The translations under genes and the position numbers were made by a program. Shown piece by piece: positions 40,813 to 51,130 of a stretch of 64,000 nt of DNA. Each line of letters starts with the position of its first letter. The stretch's first letter is position 1. Where the stretch lies: NCBI GenBank assembly GCA_965203275.1, contig OZ241865.1, positions 2,304,001 to 2,368,000 on the forward strand. The letters run 5' to 3'. The notes beneath the pieces were generated by a model, which worked only from the letters and a program-made list of their open reading frames with translations, was not told the origin of the DNA and searched no databases. The stretch comes from Bdellovibrionales bacterium. Its GTDB lineage: Bacteria; Bdellovibrionota; Bdellovibrionia; Bdellovibrionales; JAUICD01.

Positions 40813-43335
40813 TCAGTTTAAATAATTAGAAGTAGCACTTTCCCCTAGAAGTTCTAAATGTGACGGGTGACCTCTTCCCACCAAATAACCGCCCTGTTCC
40901 CCTCCATCTGGCCCTAAATCAATCACATAGTCACTTGATTTGATCACATCTAAATTATGTTCAATTAAAATAACAGAATGTCCTTTATCCACAAGCTCCT
41001 GTAAAAGACAAATCAACTTACGAATATCCTCAAAATGCAGTCCTGTTGTAGGTTCATCTAATATATAAAGGTTTTTCCTACGGCCCGTCTTAGATAACTC
41101 CTTAGAAAGCTTAATCCTTTGGGCCTCTCCACCAGAAAGGGTCGGTGAGCTTTGACCTAAATGAATATAATCTAACCCTACAAGACTTAAAGTCCTGATT
41201 TTTTTTTGAATTTTGATATGATTTTTGAAAAACTCCATAGCTTGTGAAACAGACATATTTAAAACATCAGAAATATTTTTATCCTTATATTTGACTTCTA
41301 AAGTTTCAGAATTATACCGCTTACCCATACAGACTTCACACTGCACATAAAGGTCTGCCATAAAGTGCATTTCTATCTTTACTTGTCCAGCCCCTTGACA
41401 ATGTTCACAACGACCACCCTTCATATTAAAACTAAACCTTCCTGCTTTATACCCTCGCTTTCTAGACTCCGGTAATCCAGCAAATAAATCTCGAATAGGA
41501 GAAAATAACCCTGTGTAGGTAGATGGATTGGAACGAGGTGTCCTACCAATGGGCTTTTGTGTCACATTGATCACACCATCTAAAGCTCTAAACCCTGTGA
41601 TACTTTTAAAAGGTTTGACAAGGTATTGCGACGTATAAAAGTGATTGTGTAAATAACAAAAGAGAGTATCCATAATTAAAGTACTCTTTCCACTACCAGA
41701 TACACCTGTCACAGATACAAAAGCCCTCAAAGGTATATCCACGTGGATATCTTTGAGATTGTTGCCAGATGCACCTTTGATCCTTAACCAATGTGGTATT
41801 TTCCGGTAATTTCTGTTTTTGTTTTGGTAAGCTATTTTTTCTTTTTTAAGATACTGCCCTGTTAAACTTTGAGGTGTTTTTTGAATCTCTATAGGAGAAC
41901 CTACAGTGATCACTTCCCCTCCATCATCACCTGCTCCAGGTCCTAGATCAATAACATAATCCGATCGCAAAATTGTTTCTGCATCATGCTCTACAACTAA
42001 AATGGTATTCCCTCTATCTCTTAATTTATTTAAACTATTTAACAGCTTATTGTGATCTTTAGGGTGAAGACCAATAGAAGGTTCATCTAAAACATACGTT
42101 ATACCTATCAAGCTACTACCTAATTGATTAGCTAGACGTACTCTTTGGTATTCCCCACCTGAAAGTGAATTTGCAGGACGTAACAGATTCAAATAACCTA
42201 CACCTATATCACATAACGTAGTGACTTTTTGTTTAAGGTCTACTAAAGCCTTTTGAACAATTTGATAAGATCTTTGAGATAATTGCATTTCGTGATCTAA
42301 AAAATGTTTTAATTGAGTTAAGGTCATCCATGACAAATCTACAATAGATTTGCCATTGATAAAAACATTTCTAGCTTCTTTGTTGATGCGACTACCACCA
42401 CACTCGTCACATAAAAGAGATTGACTGTCCGTATCTACTTTTTCATCATCTAAGTCTAACATAAAATTTTTATAACCTGTTCCTGAGCATTTTTCACAAG
42501 CCCCTCTTGTATGATTAAAACTAAAACTACTAGGTTCTAGCTTATCAAAGGCAAAGTGACATTCAGGACATGCAGAGATCGCAGAGAAAAAATATTCTTT
42601 TGGAGGTGTAAGGACTTTAATTTTAAGATACCCTTCTGAGAGTTCTATAGCAGTTTGCATGCTTTTTTTGATTCTCTGATGTATTGATTTGTCCATTTCC
42701 ACTTGATCTATCTGCAAATCAATATTGTGCCTTTTATATCTTTGAAAAGGTGTAAAAAAAGGAGAATCCAAATATACGGGTTTAGCATCCACATAACATT
42801 TAAGATAACCTGCCTTTTGCCAATGATACATTTCTGTTGTAAAAGAACCTTTTTTGTTCCTCACTATAGGAGATAAGATTAAAAATCTTTGACCTTCTTT
42901 AAAATTTAACACCTTATCATAAATTGTTTCTATAGATTGACCTGCAACAGGAATTTTGTGTTCGGGACATTGAGCAATCCCTACTCTAGCATATAAAAGC
43001 CTTAAATAATCATAAATTTCTGTCAGAGTGCCTACAGTAGACTTAGAAGCAAAAGAAAGTGATTTTTGTTCAATGGCAATGGAAGGCGATAATCCTGATA
43101 TAAAATCTATATCTGGTTTTTTAAACTTCTCTAAGAAGTTCCTAGCATACGTGGAAAAGCTCTCTACATAACGTCTTTGGCCTTCAGCATAAATAGTATT
43201 AAAAACTAATGAAGATTTTCCGCTACCAGATAGTCCAGTGACCACAATCATTTTGTTCCTAGGAAGAGTGACATGGATATCTTTGAGATTATGCTCTCTA
43301 GCTCCTGAAACCACAATACCTTTATCATTTGTCAT
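40813..43335 (-). CDS. uvrA: Excinuclease ABC subunit A (short form)
   Basis: GAREHNLK, GLSGSGKSSL, two LSGGE signatures, PIGRTPRSNP. Confidence 0.96.
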   Translation of the reverse strand: MTNDKGIVVSGAREHNLKDIHVTLPRNKMIVVTGLSGSGKSSLVFNTIYAEGQRRYVESFSTYARNFLEKFKKPDIDFISGLSPSIAIEQKSLSFASKSTVGTLTEIYDYLRLLYARVGIAQCPEHKIPVAGQSIETIYDKVLNFKEGQRFLILSPIVRNKKGSFTTEMYHWQKAGYLKCYVDAKPVYLDSPFFTPFQRYKRHNIDLQIDQVEMDKSIHQRIKKSMQTAIELSEGYLKIKVLTPPKEYFFSAISACPECHFAFDKLEPSSFSFNHTRGACEKCSGTGYKNFMLDLDDEKVDTDSQSLLCDECGGSRINKEARNVFINGKSIVDLSWMTLTQLKHFLDHEMQLSQRSYQIVQKALVDLKQKVTTLCDIGVGYLNLLRPANSLSGGEYQRVRLANQLGSSLIGITYVLDEPSIGLHPKDHNKLLNSLNKLRDRGNTILVVEHDAETILRSDYVIDLGPGAGDDGGEVITVGSPIEIQKTPQSLTGQYLKKEKIAYQNKNRNYRKIPHWLRIKGASGNNLKDIHVDIPLRAFVSVTGVSGSGKSTLIMDTLFCYLHNHFYTSQYLVKPFKSITGFRALDGVINVTQKPIGRTPRSNPSTYTGLFSPIRDLFAGLPESRKRGYKAGRFSFNMKGGRCEHCQGAGQVKIEMHFMADLYVQCEVCMGKRYNSETLEVKYKDKNISDVLNMSVSQAMEFFKNHIKIQKKIRTLSLVGLDYIHLGQSSPTLSGGEAQRIKLSKELSKTGRRKNLYILDEPTTGLHFEDIRKLICLLQELVDKGHSVILIEHNLDVIKSSDYVIDLGPDGGEQGGYLVGRGHPSHLELLGESATSNYLN

Positions 43336-44686
43336 TTTGTCTTATCATCTCCTTTATATTGAGTTTCATTTTTTCAAAAGCTTTTTGAGATTTGGCTTCA
43401 TATCTTATCACAACTTGAGGTTGAGTATTAGAAGCCCTTACTAAAATCCATCCATCTTCGTGACTGACCCTCACACCATCTATTTGATTGATCTGCATTT
43501 GGCTATATTTATTTTTTATAAAAGAGATCATTTTATCTCTCTTTTCTGGTGAGGTGTCAATACGTATTTCAGGAGTGGTGAAAACTTGAGGAATATCTTT
43601 GAGAAAATAAGAGAGAGGCTTTTTATACCGACTGACTATCTCAATTAAACGCAGGCTAGCATAAATAGCATCATCAAACCCATAATTCCTGTCATTAAAA
43701 TAAATATGACCACTCATTTCACCACCAAATAGGGCCTTTTCTTGTCGCATTTTTTCTTTGATCAAAGAATGCCCTGTTTTCCACATTAACGGTTGACCTC
43801 CATTTTGCTGTATATCTTGATAAAATCGATCAGAGCATTTAACATCCCCTATAATCAAAGCTCCTGGATGAACTTTTAAAATTTCTCTGCTAAAAATCAT
43901 CATGAGATCATCTCCTAGAATTATTTGACCATTCTCATCCACAACTCCTATGCGATCAGCATCTCCATCATATCCAATACCCATATAGGATTTTGTTTGT
44001 ACAACTCTCTGACTTAAAGCTTTTATATTTTCTTTAATAGATGGGTCAGGGTGATGGTGAGGGAAATTTCCATCTGGATCTTCATATAAAATATCACATT
44101 CAAAACCAATGGCTTCAAGCATCTGACGTAAGATAGGCCCAGCAGATCCATTTCCACAATCTATCACAACAGGAATATATGATAAGTTTTTAAACTCTTG
44201 AGTATATCTTTTAACGTAAGCTTCTGAAATGTTAAATGTCTGAAGATTTTCTTTTGGTTTGATTTGTGGGTTACGGTATTTTTCATTTAAAATAATATGT
44301 TTGAGTTTTTGAATTTTTTCTCCAAAAAGAGCTTGATGCCCTTGTGTGAGCTTAAAACCATTATATGAGGGTGGATTGTGACTCCCTGTGACCATAATAG
44401 CACCTGTGAGATTTTCAATGATCCGTGTAGAATAATAAGACATAGGTGTTGTGATCAACCCTAGTTCATAGACAATGGCTCCACTGGCTTGAAGACCTTC
44501 TATAAGTTTTTGAGTTATAGGCTTGCTAGAAAGCCTTGCATCGTAACCCACAGAAACCAGTGGGTTGCTTATATGAGTTGTTTCTGTAAGATAAGAAATA
44601 AAAGCTCTACCTAGTTGAAAGGCAAAATGAACATCCAATTGCTGAGGATAAAGACCTCGAATGTCATACTCTTTAAAAATTTGCAT
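43325..44686 (-). CDS. Phosphomannomutase/phosphoglucomutase (AlgC-like)
   Basis: FKEYDIRG, TGSHNP, DGDADR, GEMSGH, RASNT. Confidence 0.93.
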   Translation of the reverse strand: MQIFKEYDIRGLYPQQLDVHFAFQLGRAFISYLTETTHISNPLVSVGYDARLSSKPITQKLIEGLQASGAIVYELGLITTPMSYYSTRIIENLTGAIMVTGSHNPPSYNGFKLTQGHQALFGEKIQKLKHIILNEKYRNPQIKPKENLQTFNISEAYVKRYTQEFKNLSYIPVVIDCGNGSAGPILRQMLEAIGFECDILYEDPDGNFPHHHPDPSIKENIKALSQRVVQTKSYMGIGYDGDADRIGVVDENGQIILGDDLMMIFSREILKVHPGALIIGDVKCSDRFYQDIQQNGGQPLMWKTGHSLIKEKMRQEKALFGGEMSGHIYFNDRNYGFDDAIYASLRLIEIVSRYKKPLSYFLKDIPQVFTTPEIRIDTSPEKRDKMISFIKNKYSQMQINQIDGVRVSHEDGWILVRASNTQPQVVIRYEAKSQKAFEKMKLNIKEMIRQNDK

Positions 44687-44847
44687 GGTTTATTTGTATA
44701 TTTTATTTGTGGAGATAAGATATTTTAATTAAAAACAATCTCAAAAATAAGTTTTATATTATGCAATGCTTTACTTTCTTTATTGTACATGATTTGTACT
44801 ATAATATTTTGATATGGCTTTAAAATTTTTGTGATCACATTATAGCT

Positions 44848-45429
44848 TTAGTCAATATGGGTTAGTTCTGCTTCCTTTTTCTCTGCAAGGTCATCGATGA
44901 TTTTAATGTATTTATCTGTCAGTTCTTGTGTTTTGTCTTTTTCTTGTTTGCTTTCGTCTTCACTAATGGATTTAGCTTGAAGAAGACTCTTAATATATTC
45001 ATTAGTATCTTTACGACTTTGCCGAATAGAAATTTTAGCATCCTCTATAATCTTTTTGACTTGTTTGGTTAGTTCTTTACGTCGATCTTCTGTAATTTCT
45101 GGCAATTTGAGGCGGATCACTTTACCATCATTGATAGGAGTTAAGCCCATATTACTCTTATTGATAGCCACTTCAATATCTTTGAGAATGCTTGCCTCCC
45201 AAGGAGCAATGAGAAAAGACTTAGCATCAGGACAACTAATAGCTGCAACCTGTGAAAGAGGGCTTAAAACACCATAATAATCTACGCGAATAGGATCTAA
45301 CATAGAGGCATTGGCTCTGCCTGTCCTAATGCGAGCTATTTGATTTTGAAGACTTTCAATTGTTTTATCCATTTGAGCTTTTGCCTTTTCTCTATGTTGG
45401 ATAATATCTCCCATATCATGTTCTACCAT
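44848..45429 (-). CDS. frr: Ribosome recycling factor
   Basis: RTGRAN, VDYYG, TEDRRKEL; AGGAGG before ATG 45429. Confidence 0.95.
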   Translation of the reverse strand: MVEHDMGDIIQHREKAKAQMDKTIESLQNQIARIRTGRANASMLDPIRVDYYGVLSPLSQVAAISCPDAKSFLIAPWEASILKDIEVAINKSNMGLTPINDGKVIRLKLPEITEDRRKELTKQVKKIIEDAKISIRQSRKDTNEYIKSLLQAKSISEDESKQEKDKTQELTDKYIKIIDDLAEKKEAELTHID

Positions 45430-45659
45430 TTTGACCTCCTTTTTAAAATATATTGATGAAACACAATCAATGATATCCTTATCATCTCTAAAGAAAATAC
45501 TTCTAAATTTAAAAATATTCAATAAAAAAATTATAGAGATATAAAAGTAAGCTTTAAGCTATTATAGGATATTTCATTCTATTTGTATAGAATGAAACCA
45601 TGCATTTGCAAAAACATTTAATATATTTCTTGAAAGACCTTTCAGCTAGCTTTAAGTTT

Positions 45660-46520
45660 TTATTGATTGATGATATCTACAAAATCCACTTGTTTGACTT
45701 GATCACCTTCTTTGAGTCCAGCTACAATTTCAAAATAAGAATCATTTTGCACTCCTACTTGAATCGCCTTTTTTTGATTTTCTTCTGTTATGACAAAAAA
45801 GTCATTATCCTTCTTAAAAATAAACTGATGAGGTAACGTTAAAACTTGCTCTTTTCTAAATGTTTCAATATCAATGACCGCAGACATACCTGGCTTAATA
45901 CGATCATCAATATCAAGTATTTCCATACGAGAGAGGAACTCTACATTAGTGTTATTTCTCCAGTTGACTTGATGGTTAGCAGCTAGAAAGACACTTTTTA
46001 TAATCCCTTCATACTGTTGATCTAGGATAGCAGAAAGCTTAATAATAGCCTTCTGCCCTGTTTTAATTTTAAGTCGATAAATTTCTGGTACATTAAACTC
46101 TATAAAAAGTTTATCTAACTTATCAATTCTGACTAGGTAATTTTCTGTATTGCTTTCTTGTACAAATTCTCCTTCTTCCTTAAGTATTTGGACTACAGTG
46201 CCAGCAAACAAGGCTCGAATAGGATAAACAGGATTAAAAGATTGTAGAGATTCTGTGACAGAGATAATAGGATCATTTTTTTTAACTTGATCTCCTATTT
46301 TGACATAAAGCTTTTGAACATAGCCATTAAAGGGGGCTGTGATGATATTTTTCTTTTCTGGTTCGACATTGCCTGCAATAGTGATCTTCTGCACCAAATC
46401 CATACGAGTAACCGATGCTATCTGAAAGTGTTTCAAAGAATTTTGGCTCACAAAAAAATAAATCAATAAAGTCAATGCCAATAAGATAATAAAGATTTTA
46501 ATAATTGATAATATTTTCAT
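45660..46520 (-). CDS. Efflux periplasmic adaptor (MacA/HlyD-like)
   Basis: N-terminal TM helix, lipoyl-like half motifs, IKPGMSA, GLKEGD. Confidence 0.8.
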   Translation of the reverse strand: MKILSIIKIFIILLALTLLIYFFVSQNSLKHFQIASVTRMDLVQKITIAGNVEPEKKNIITAPFNGYVQKLYVKIGDQVKKNDPIISVTESLQSFNPVYPIRALFAGTVVQILKEEGEFVQESNTENYLVRIDKLDKLFIEFNVPEIYRLKIKTGQKAIIKLSAILDQQYEGIIKSVFLAANHQVNWRNNTNVEFLSRMEILDIDDRIKPGMSAVIDIETFRKEQVLTLPHQFIFKKDNDFFVITEENQKKAIQVGVQNDSYFEIVAGLKEGDQVKQVDFVDIINQ

Positions 46521-47820
46521 ATAATTTCCCTTGATGATATTGATACTCTGAAAGAAAATTTTGCAATTGAAAAAAATTAATATAATAGGATTCTTGTGCT
46601 GTTTTGTAATTATTAAAAGCATTGATAAAATCTAAAAAAGTCAGCTTCCCATTGCGGTATTCATAAGTAATAGAGTCGTAGTTTTCTTTCTCTAAATCTA
46701 CAAGCTCTTTGCTTAATTTGAGGTTATCCATTTGCTTTTGAATATCTAAAAAAACTTTTTCGATTTGTGTTTTGAGAGTTAATAAGTTGGCATGGATCTG
46801 ATTATTACTGATTTGTTCTGTAAGCCTTGAAATAGAAAGCTCTCTACGCCTGATCCCTCCATCCCATAAATTATACTTTAATGTGATAAAAGCTGATACA
46901 TCAATAGGAGATACACCTGTCTGGCTTGTTCGTGATAAATAATTAGGATTAACATAAGACATACTTGCATCTAAAGTGATGGCTGGCCAGTATCTTCTTT
47001 GAACAAGTTGTACTTGGGCTTTATTGATATTTTTGCTATAGTTGGCCATTTTATATTCATAATGATTGTGCAGAATATTTTCAATTTCATCTCTATTGAT
47101 AGATGGATAATTTCTTTCTGTGACTTCCATAGAACTGATCTTCAAATGCTCTTCTTGAAATCCTATGATTTGTTTTATTTGTTCTATGGATTGATGAATA
47201 TTGGTTTGAGCATCAGCTAAGGAAATTTGGCTTCTTTGAAGTTGTGATTTAAGACGTAAAAAGTCTATTCTTTTTCTAGCTCCATGTTTGTATTCTTGTT
47301 CAATGGATTTCATTTGCCTGGAAAGGAGTTCATGTTGAAAGGTTTGCACCTCTAGCAAATGAGTTAAAAGAGAATAATTATGATATTCTTTTAAAATATC
47401 TAAACATATTTGATTTTGATCTCTTGTGTATTCTACATAAGATCTGCTATTTTCTTGTTGGGCTATGCGGTAGTTGGTCAAATAAGCACCATTGTTGTAG
47501 AGAGTTTCGCTAAGAGTTAAATTGAGTCCAGCAAAAATAGGCGAGTCTTCTGGCATGATTTGATTCTTTCTATATCCTAAATCTGTTGAAATATCCAATG
47601 AAGGCAAAAAATTTGCAAAAGCATTTTGCAATCTAAAATGGTTGATCTTCAATCTATTAGAAGCATTGATGATTTGAGGGGAATGCATAAGACCATATTT
47701 AATTAAATCTTTCAATACAAACTCTTTTGCATACACCTGATGAATTATAAAAGTTATATGAAAAAAATGTATGCATAGCACAAAATAAAAAAAAGTCATC
47801 TTAGTATTATAATGATTCAT
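46498..47820 (-). CDS. TolC-family outer membrane protein
   Basis: Signal peptide, FLPSLD, YEYRNGKLTFLD; adjacent to the adaptor gene. Confidence 0.82.
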   Translation of the reverse strand: MNHYNTKMTFFYFVLCIHFFHITFIIHQVYAKEFVLKDLIKYGLMHSPQIINASNRLKINHFRLQNAFANFLPSLDISTDLGYRKNQIMPEDSPIFAGLNLTLSETLYNNGAYLTNYRIAQQENSRSYVEYTRDQNQICLDILKEYHNYSLLTHLLEVQTFQHELLSRQMKSIEQEYKHGARKRIDFLRLKSQLQRSQISLADAQTNIHQSIEQIKQIIGFQEEHLKISSMEVTERNYPSINRDEIENILHNHYEYKMANYSKNINKAQVQLVQRRYWPAITLDASMSYVNPNYLSRTSQTGVSPIDVSAFITLKYNLWDGGIRRRELSISRLTEQISNNQIHANLLTLKTQIEKVFLDIQKQMDNLKLSKELVDLEKENYDSITYEYRNGKLTFLDFINAFNNYKTAQESYYINFFQLQNFLSEYQYHQGKLYENIINY

Positions 47821-47826
47821 TTGTTT

Positions 47827-49473
47827 TCACCTTTTTGTATTGATCAAGCACTTTGACTTAAAGTGTTGAGTAGCTACTAATTGTTCTTTATAAACTCTGA
47901 TCATTATAATTAAGATAAGTAAAAGTATTTGAAGCCATGAGATGTATTTACCAAAACGTGCAAAAAAAGTTATATGATTTTTACTACTATAAGGGATAGC
48001 AAAATGCTGTGTCCACTTTTCTTTTTGTGGGCCTTGTTTTAAAAGGTCTCCATTAGCTAAGACGGCTGAAGTAATTCCTGTATTGGTCACTCTTATAACA
48101 GGTCGCCTCACTTCAATAGCTCTTGCCAGTGTCATATAGAGATGTTGGTAAGGTTCAAAAGTATGACCAAACCAAGAATCATTTGTCACATTAATAATAA
48201 GATGAGCATTTTGTTTTGCAAGATTGATGGAAAAATTAGAATCAAGCCCTTCATAGCAAATTTGTAAACCAAAATTTATGTCTTTCCATGTCCAAGTACT
48301 TGGACCTTTTTGACCTGCGGCAAAATGACTGATTTGTGGAATCCAGTTTTTCAGAAAGGGAAACCAATGCACTCCAGGGAAATATTCTCCAAAAGCAAGT
48401 AATGTGGATTTTCTGTATCGTTCTAAAAGTAAGCCCTCTGGATTGAAAAAAAACAGAGCATTATAATATTTATTATCTTGTGGATTGCTTGAATAAGACC
48501 CTGTGAGAAGAGGGGTTTTGTGCTGAGAAATAAAATGCTGGAGTCTATATTTATGTGAGCTATCAATATGATGATCCAATTGACCTGGAAAAGCTGTTTC
48601 TGGCCAAATAATGAGGTCTAAGTTTTCTACACTTAGATTGTTGAGTAAAGATTGAGTCAAGTCAAAATACTGTTCATAAATTGCTGGATAATAAAATGTA
48701 TTGTGGTAGGCCATATATTTATCAAAGTTACCTATATTCGCTTGAACTGCCCCTATATGAAAAACTTTATTTGTATCAGACCATGTATTTTGTTTCATTT
48801 TCCCTGTGATGTTTAATATTATGAAAAAGATCAGTAAAGCCATAATGTGACCACACGCTACTTTTTGATTTTTTAAAAAAGCCATCACATTTGAGATGAG
48901 GGTTGGATGTTTTATATTAGACCTTGGACCTGTTTTTTTAATAGTTATAAAAATCCATAAAATATATGCATTAATGAGTATAGTTAAGAAGCTTAAGCCC
49001 TCAAAGCCAATGGTATCAGCCCATTGATAGGCAGGCCAATGGCTCCAGAACCAAGGGTAACCTAAATTCCAATGAAAGATCATAGGACTTAGCTTTTCAA
49101 ATAGTGCAGTAGCAACAGCTAAAAAAAGCAAAGAGCTTTGAAAATGAAAGTGAAATCTTTTATGGGTATAATGCCAAAGTAGACCTGCGAGAGGAATATG
49201 TAAATTTTGTGTGGCACAAAACAAAAATAAAATCAAATATCCTACAATGAATGGAAGTCTTCCAAATTCTATAGCTGTATGAGCTATCCAATGAAAGCCT
49301 ATTAAGGCCAAAGTAAATTGAGTCAACCACCCGTAGAAAAAAACCTTCCAAGCTGGTAGATTATGGAATAGCCATGTAAACCAAAGTGGGACAAAACAAA
49401 AAAATAAAGCCCATGGAATAAATGGAATATAACTTGTGCCAATAAAAATTCCTGATAAAATAGATAGTAGCAT
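47827..49473 (-). CDS. lnt: Apolipoprotein N-acyltransferase
   Basis: WPETA, LLAFGEYFP, QICYE, NVTNDSWFG, RVTNTGIT. Confidence 0.93.
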   Translation of the reverse strand: MLLSILSGIFIGTSYIPFIPWALFFCFVPLWFTWLFHNLPAWKVFFYGWLTQFTLALIGFHWIAHTAIEFGRLPFIVGYLILFLFCATQNLHIPLAGLLWHYTHKRFHFHFQSSLLFLAVATALFEKLSPMIFHWNLGYPWFWSHWPAYQWADTIGFEGLSFLTILINAYILWIFITIKKTGPRSNIKHPTLISNVMAFLKNQKVACGHIMALLIFFIILNITGKMKQNTWSDTNKVFHIGAVQANIGNFDKYMAYHNTFYYPAIYEQYFDLTQSLLNNLSVENLDLIIWPETAFPGQLDHHIDSSHKYRLQHFISQHKTPLLTGSYSSNPQDNKYYNALFFFNPEGLLLERYRKSTLLAFGEYFPGVHWFPFLKNWIPQISHFAAGQKGPSTWTWKDINFGLQICYEGLDSNFSINLAKQNAHLIINVTNDSWFGHTFEPYQHLYMTLARAIEVRRPVIRVTNTGITSAVLANGDLLKQGPQKEKWTQHFAIPYSSKNHITFFARFGKYISWLQILLLILIIMIRVYKEQLVATQHFKSKCLINTKR

Positions 49474-49540
49474 ATTTATATTGGACTTCCTTAAAAAATA
49501 AGCTTATATAATATAAGGTTTGATTTTGTGAGGTTTCACT

Positions 49541-50236
49541 TTGGAAAATACATTTACCTGTCCTAAATGTCAAGCAACTAATGTTAAGGGTGCTGTGGAT
49601 TGCGAAGTTTGTGGGATTATCTTTGCAAAGTATTCTGCTAAGCAGTCGAATGTTCAACAAATTTCGCAACAAGCGTCACAGCAAATGCCAAGGCAAGTGT
49701 CTCAGCAAATGTCACAGCAAGTGCCTCAGCAAGTGTCACAGCAAGTGCCTCAGCAACAGGAAAAAATCAATAATCCTGCAAAATCAAAGAAAATACCAAA
49801 TCCTGTTTCAAAGCTTAGCGACGCAAATCTTCAACAATTATGGGAGCAAGTTATGAGCAATTATGATAATATGGATATGCATGAAGATTTTATTAATCAA
49901 GCAATGCAAAGTAATAATTTAGCATTTGCTTCTCAGCAATATCGTAATATTTTAAGCAGTCATCCTAACGAAGATATAGCACAAAAGATGCAAAGTCGTA
50001 TCACTCAAATGGCTATGAATCTCTTTACTCCTGAACATATTCCAGAAGTGCGTCGGTTTCATTTTGGTATTTCTGGTACAATTATTACGTTAGGTATTAT
50101 GCTTATGGGGATGGCTTATTTGTTCTCTGAACTATTTGTAAAGATGTCTTTTAACCCTAAGCCTATTGAAATTACAGGGTCTGTTATGGTGATTGCAGGA
50201 TTTATGATGCGTTTTGCAAAAAGAAAAACCCGTTAA
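49541..50236 (+). CDS. Zinc-ribbon membrane protein with Gln-rich 4-aa repeats
   Basis: CPKC...CEVC, QQVS/QQVP repeats, two C-terminal hydrophobic helices. Confidence 0.7.
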   Translation: MENTFTCPKCQATNVKGAVDCEVCGIIFAKYSAKQSNVQQISQQASQQMPRQVSQQMSQQVPQQVSQQVPQQQEKINNPAKSKKIPNPVSKLSDANLQQLWEQVMSNYDNMDMHEDFINQAMQSNNLAFASQQYRNILSSHPNEDIAQKMQSRITQMAMNLFTPEHIPEVRRFHFGISGTIITLGIMLMGMAYLFSELFVKMSFNPKPIEITGSVMVIAGFMMRFAKRKTR

Positions 50237-50270
50237 TGCTTTAGAAATAAATATCTTGTTCTCTTAACAT

Positions 50271-50580
50271 TTCCCTCAAAATAAATCATGCCTCTGGCAT
50301 GTTTTCTGGCAGTTAGCCCGACGGCTACCGCCGTCGATCAAAGGCTAACTGCCTCAAAAGTCCGTTTACTTTTAGTAGGAAGGATCTCCTTGCTTTTAAC
50401 ACAATGTTAGGGAAACAAGATATTCGCTTCATCCTTGCCTGTCTGTTTGATGCCAGGGTGCCAGATCACGGATCCCGGAAAAATATCCTTTCATTTCTTT
50501 ATACCATGTTAAGGAAAAAGTCAATTCTGGGATCTGATGCCGGGTTGCCGGATCCCGGATCCCGGATCCCGGATAAATAC
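50271..50580 (-). repeat. Family A copy (50271-50421) plus GGATCCC heptamer runs
   Basis: Reverse complement of the family A motifs; CCGGATCCCGGATCCCGGATCCCGG at ~50549-50573. Confidence 0.85.
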
Positions 50581-50647
50581 CAACAAGAGGTTTGTTTTTT
50601 AGGAATTTTTTCTAAAAGATGGGAAAAGGGTATTTGAAAATTGGAAA

Positions 50648-51130
50648 TTCAGTGATTTCAGCTAGTTTGGTTCACTCAAAATAAATCATGCCTCTGGCAT
50701 GTTTTCTGGCAGTTAGCCCGACGACTATCGTCGTCGATCAAAGGCTAACTGCCTAGAAAATCCATTTATTTTGAGTAGGGGAGAATCCTTTCGTTTTTTA
50801 ACACAATGTTAAGGGAACAAGAAGTTCGTTTCTCTGGATTTCTTTGAAAAGGTAGAGAATTTGGGTTTAAAAATTAGATTTTCAGTGATTTCAGCTAGTT
50901 TGGTTCACTCAAAATAAATCATGCCTCTGGCATGTTTTCTGGCAGTTAGCCCGACGACTATCGTCGTCGATCAAAGGCTAACTGCCTAGAAAATCCATTT
51001 ATTTTGAGTAGGGGAGAATCCTTTCGTTTTTTAACACAATGTTAAGGGAACAAGAAGTTCGTTTCTCTGGATTTCTTTGAAAAGGTAGAGAATTTGGGTT
51101 TAAAAATTAGATTTTCAGTGATTTCAGCTA
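50648..51130 (-). repeat. 233-bp tandem duplication, each unit carrying a family A copy
   Basis: TTCAGTGATTTCAGCTA recurs at 50648, 50881 and 51114; the two full units look identical. Confidence 0.92.
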
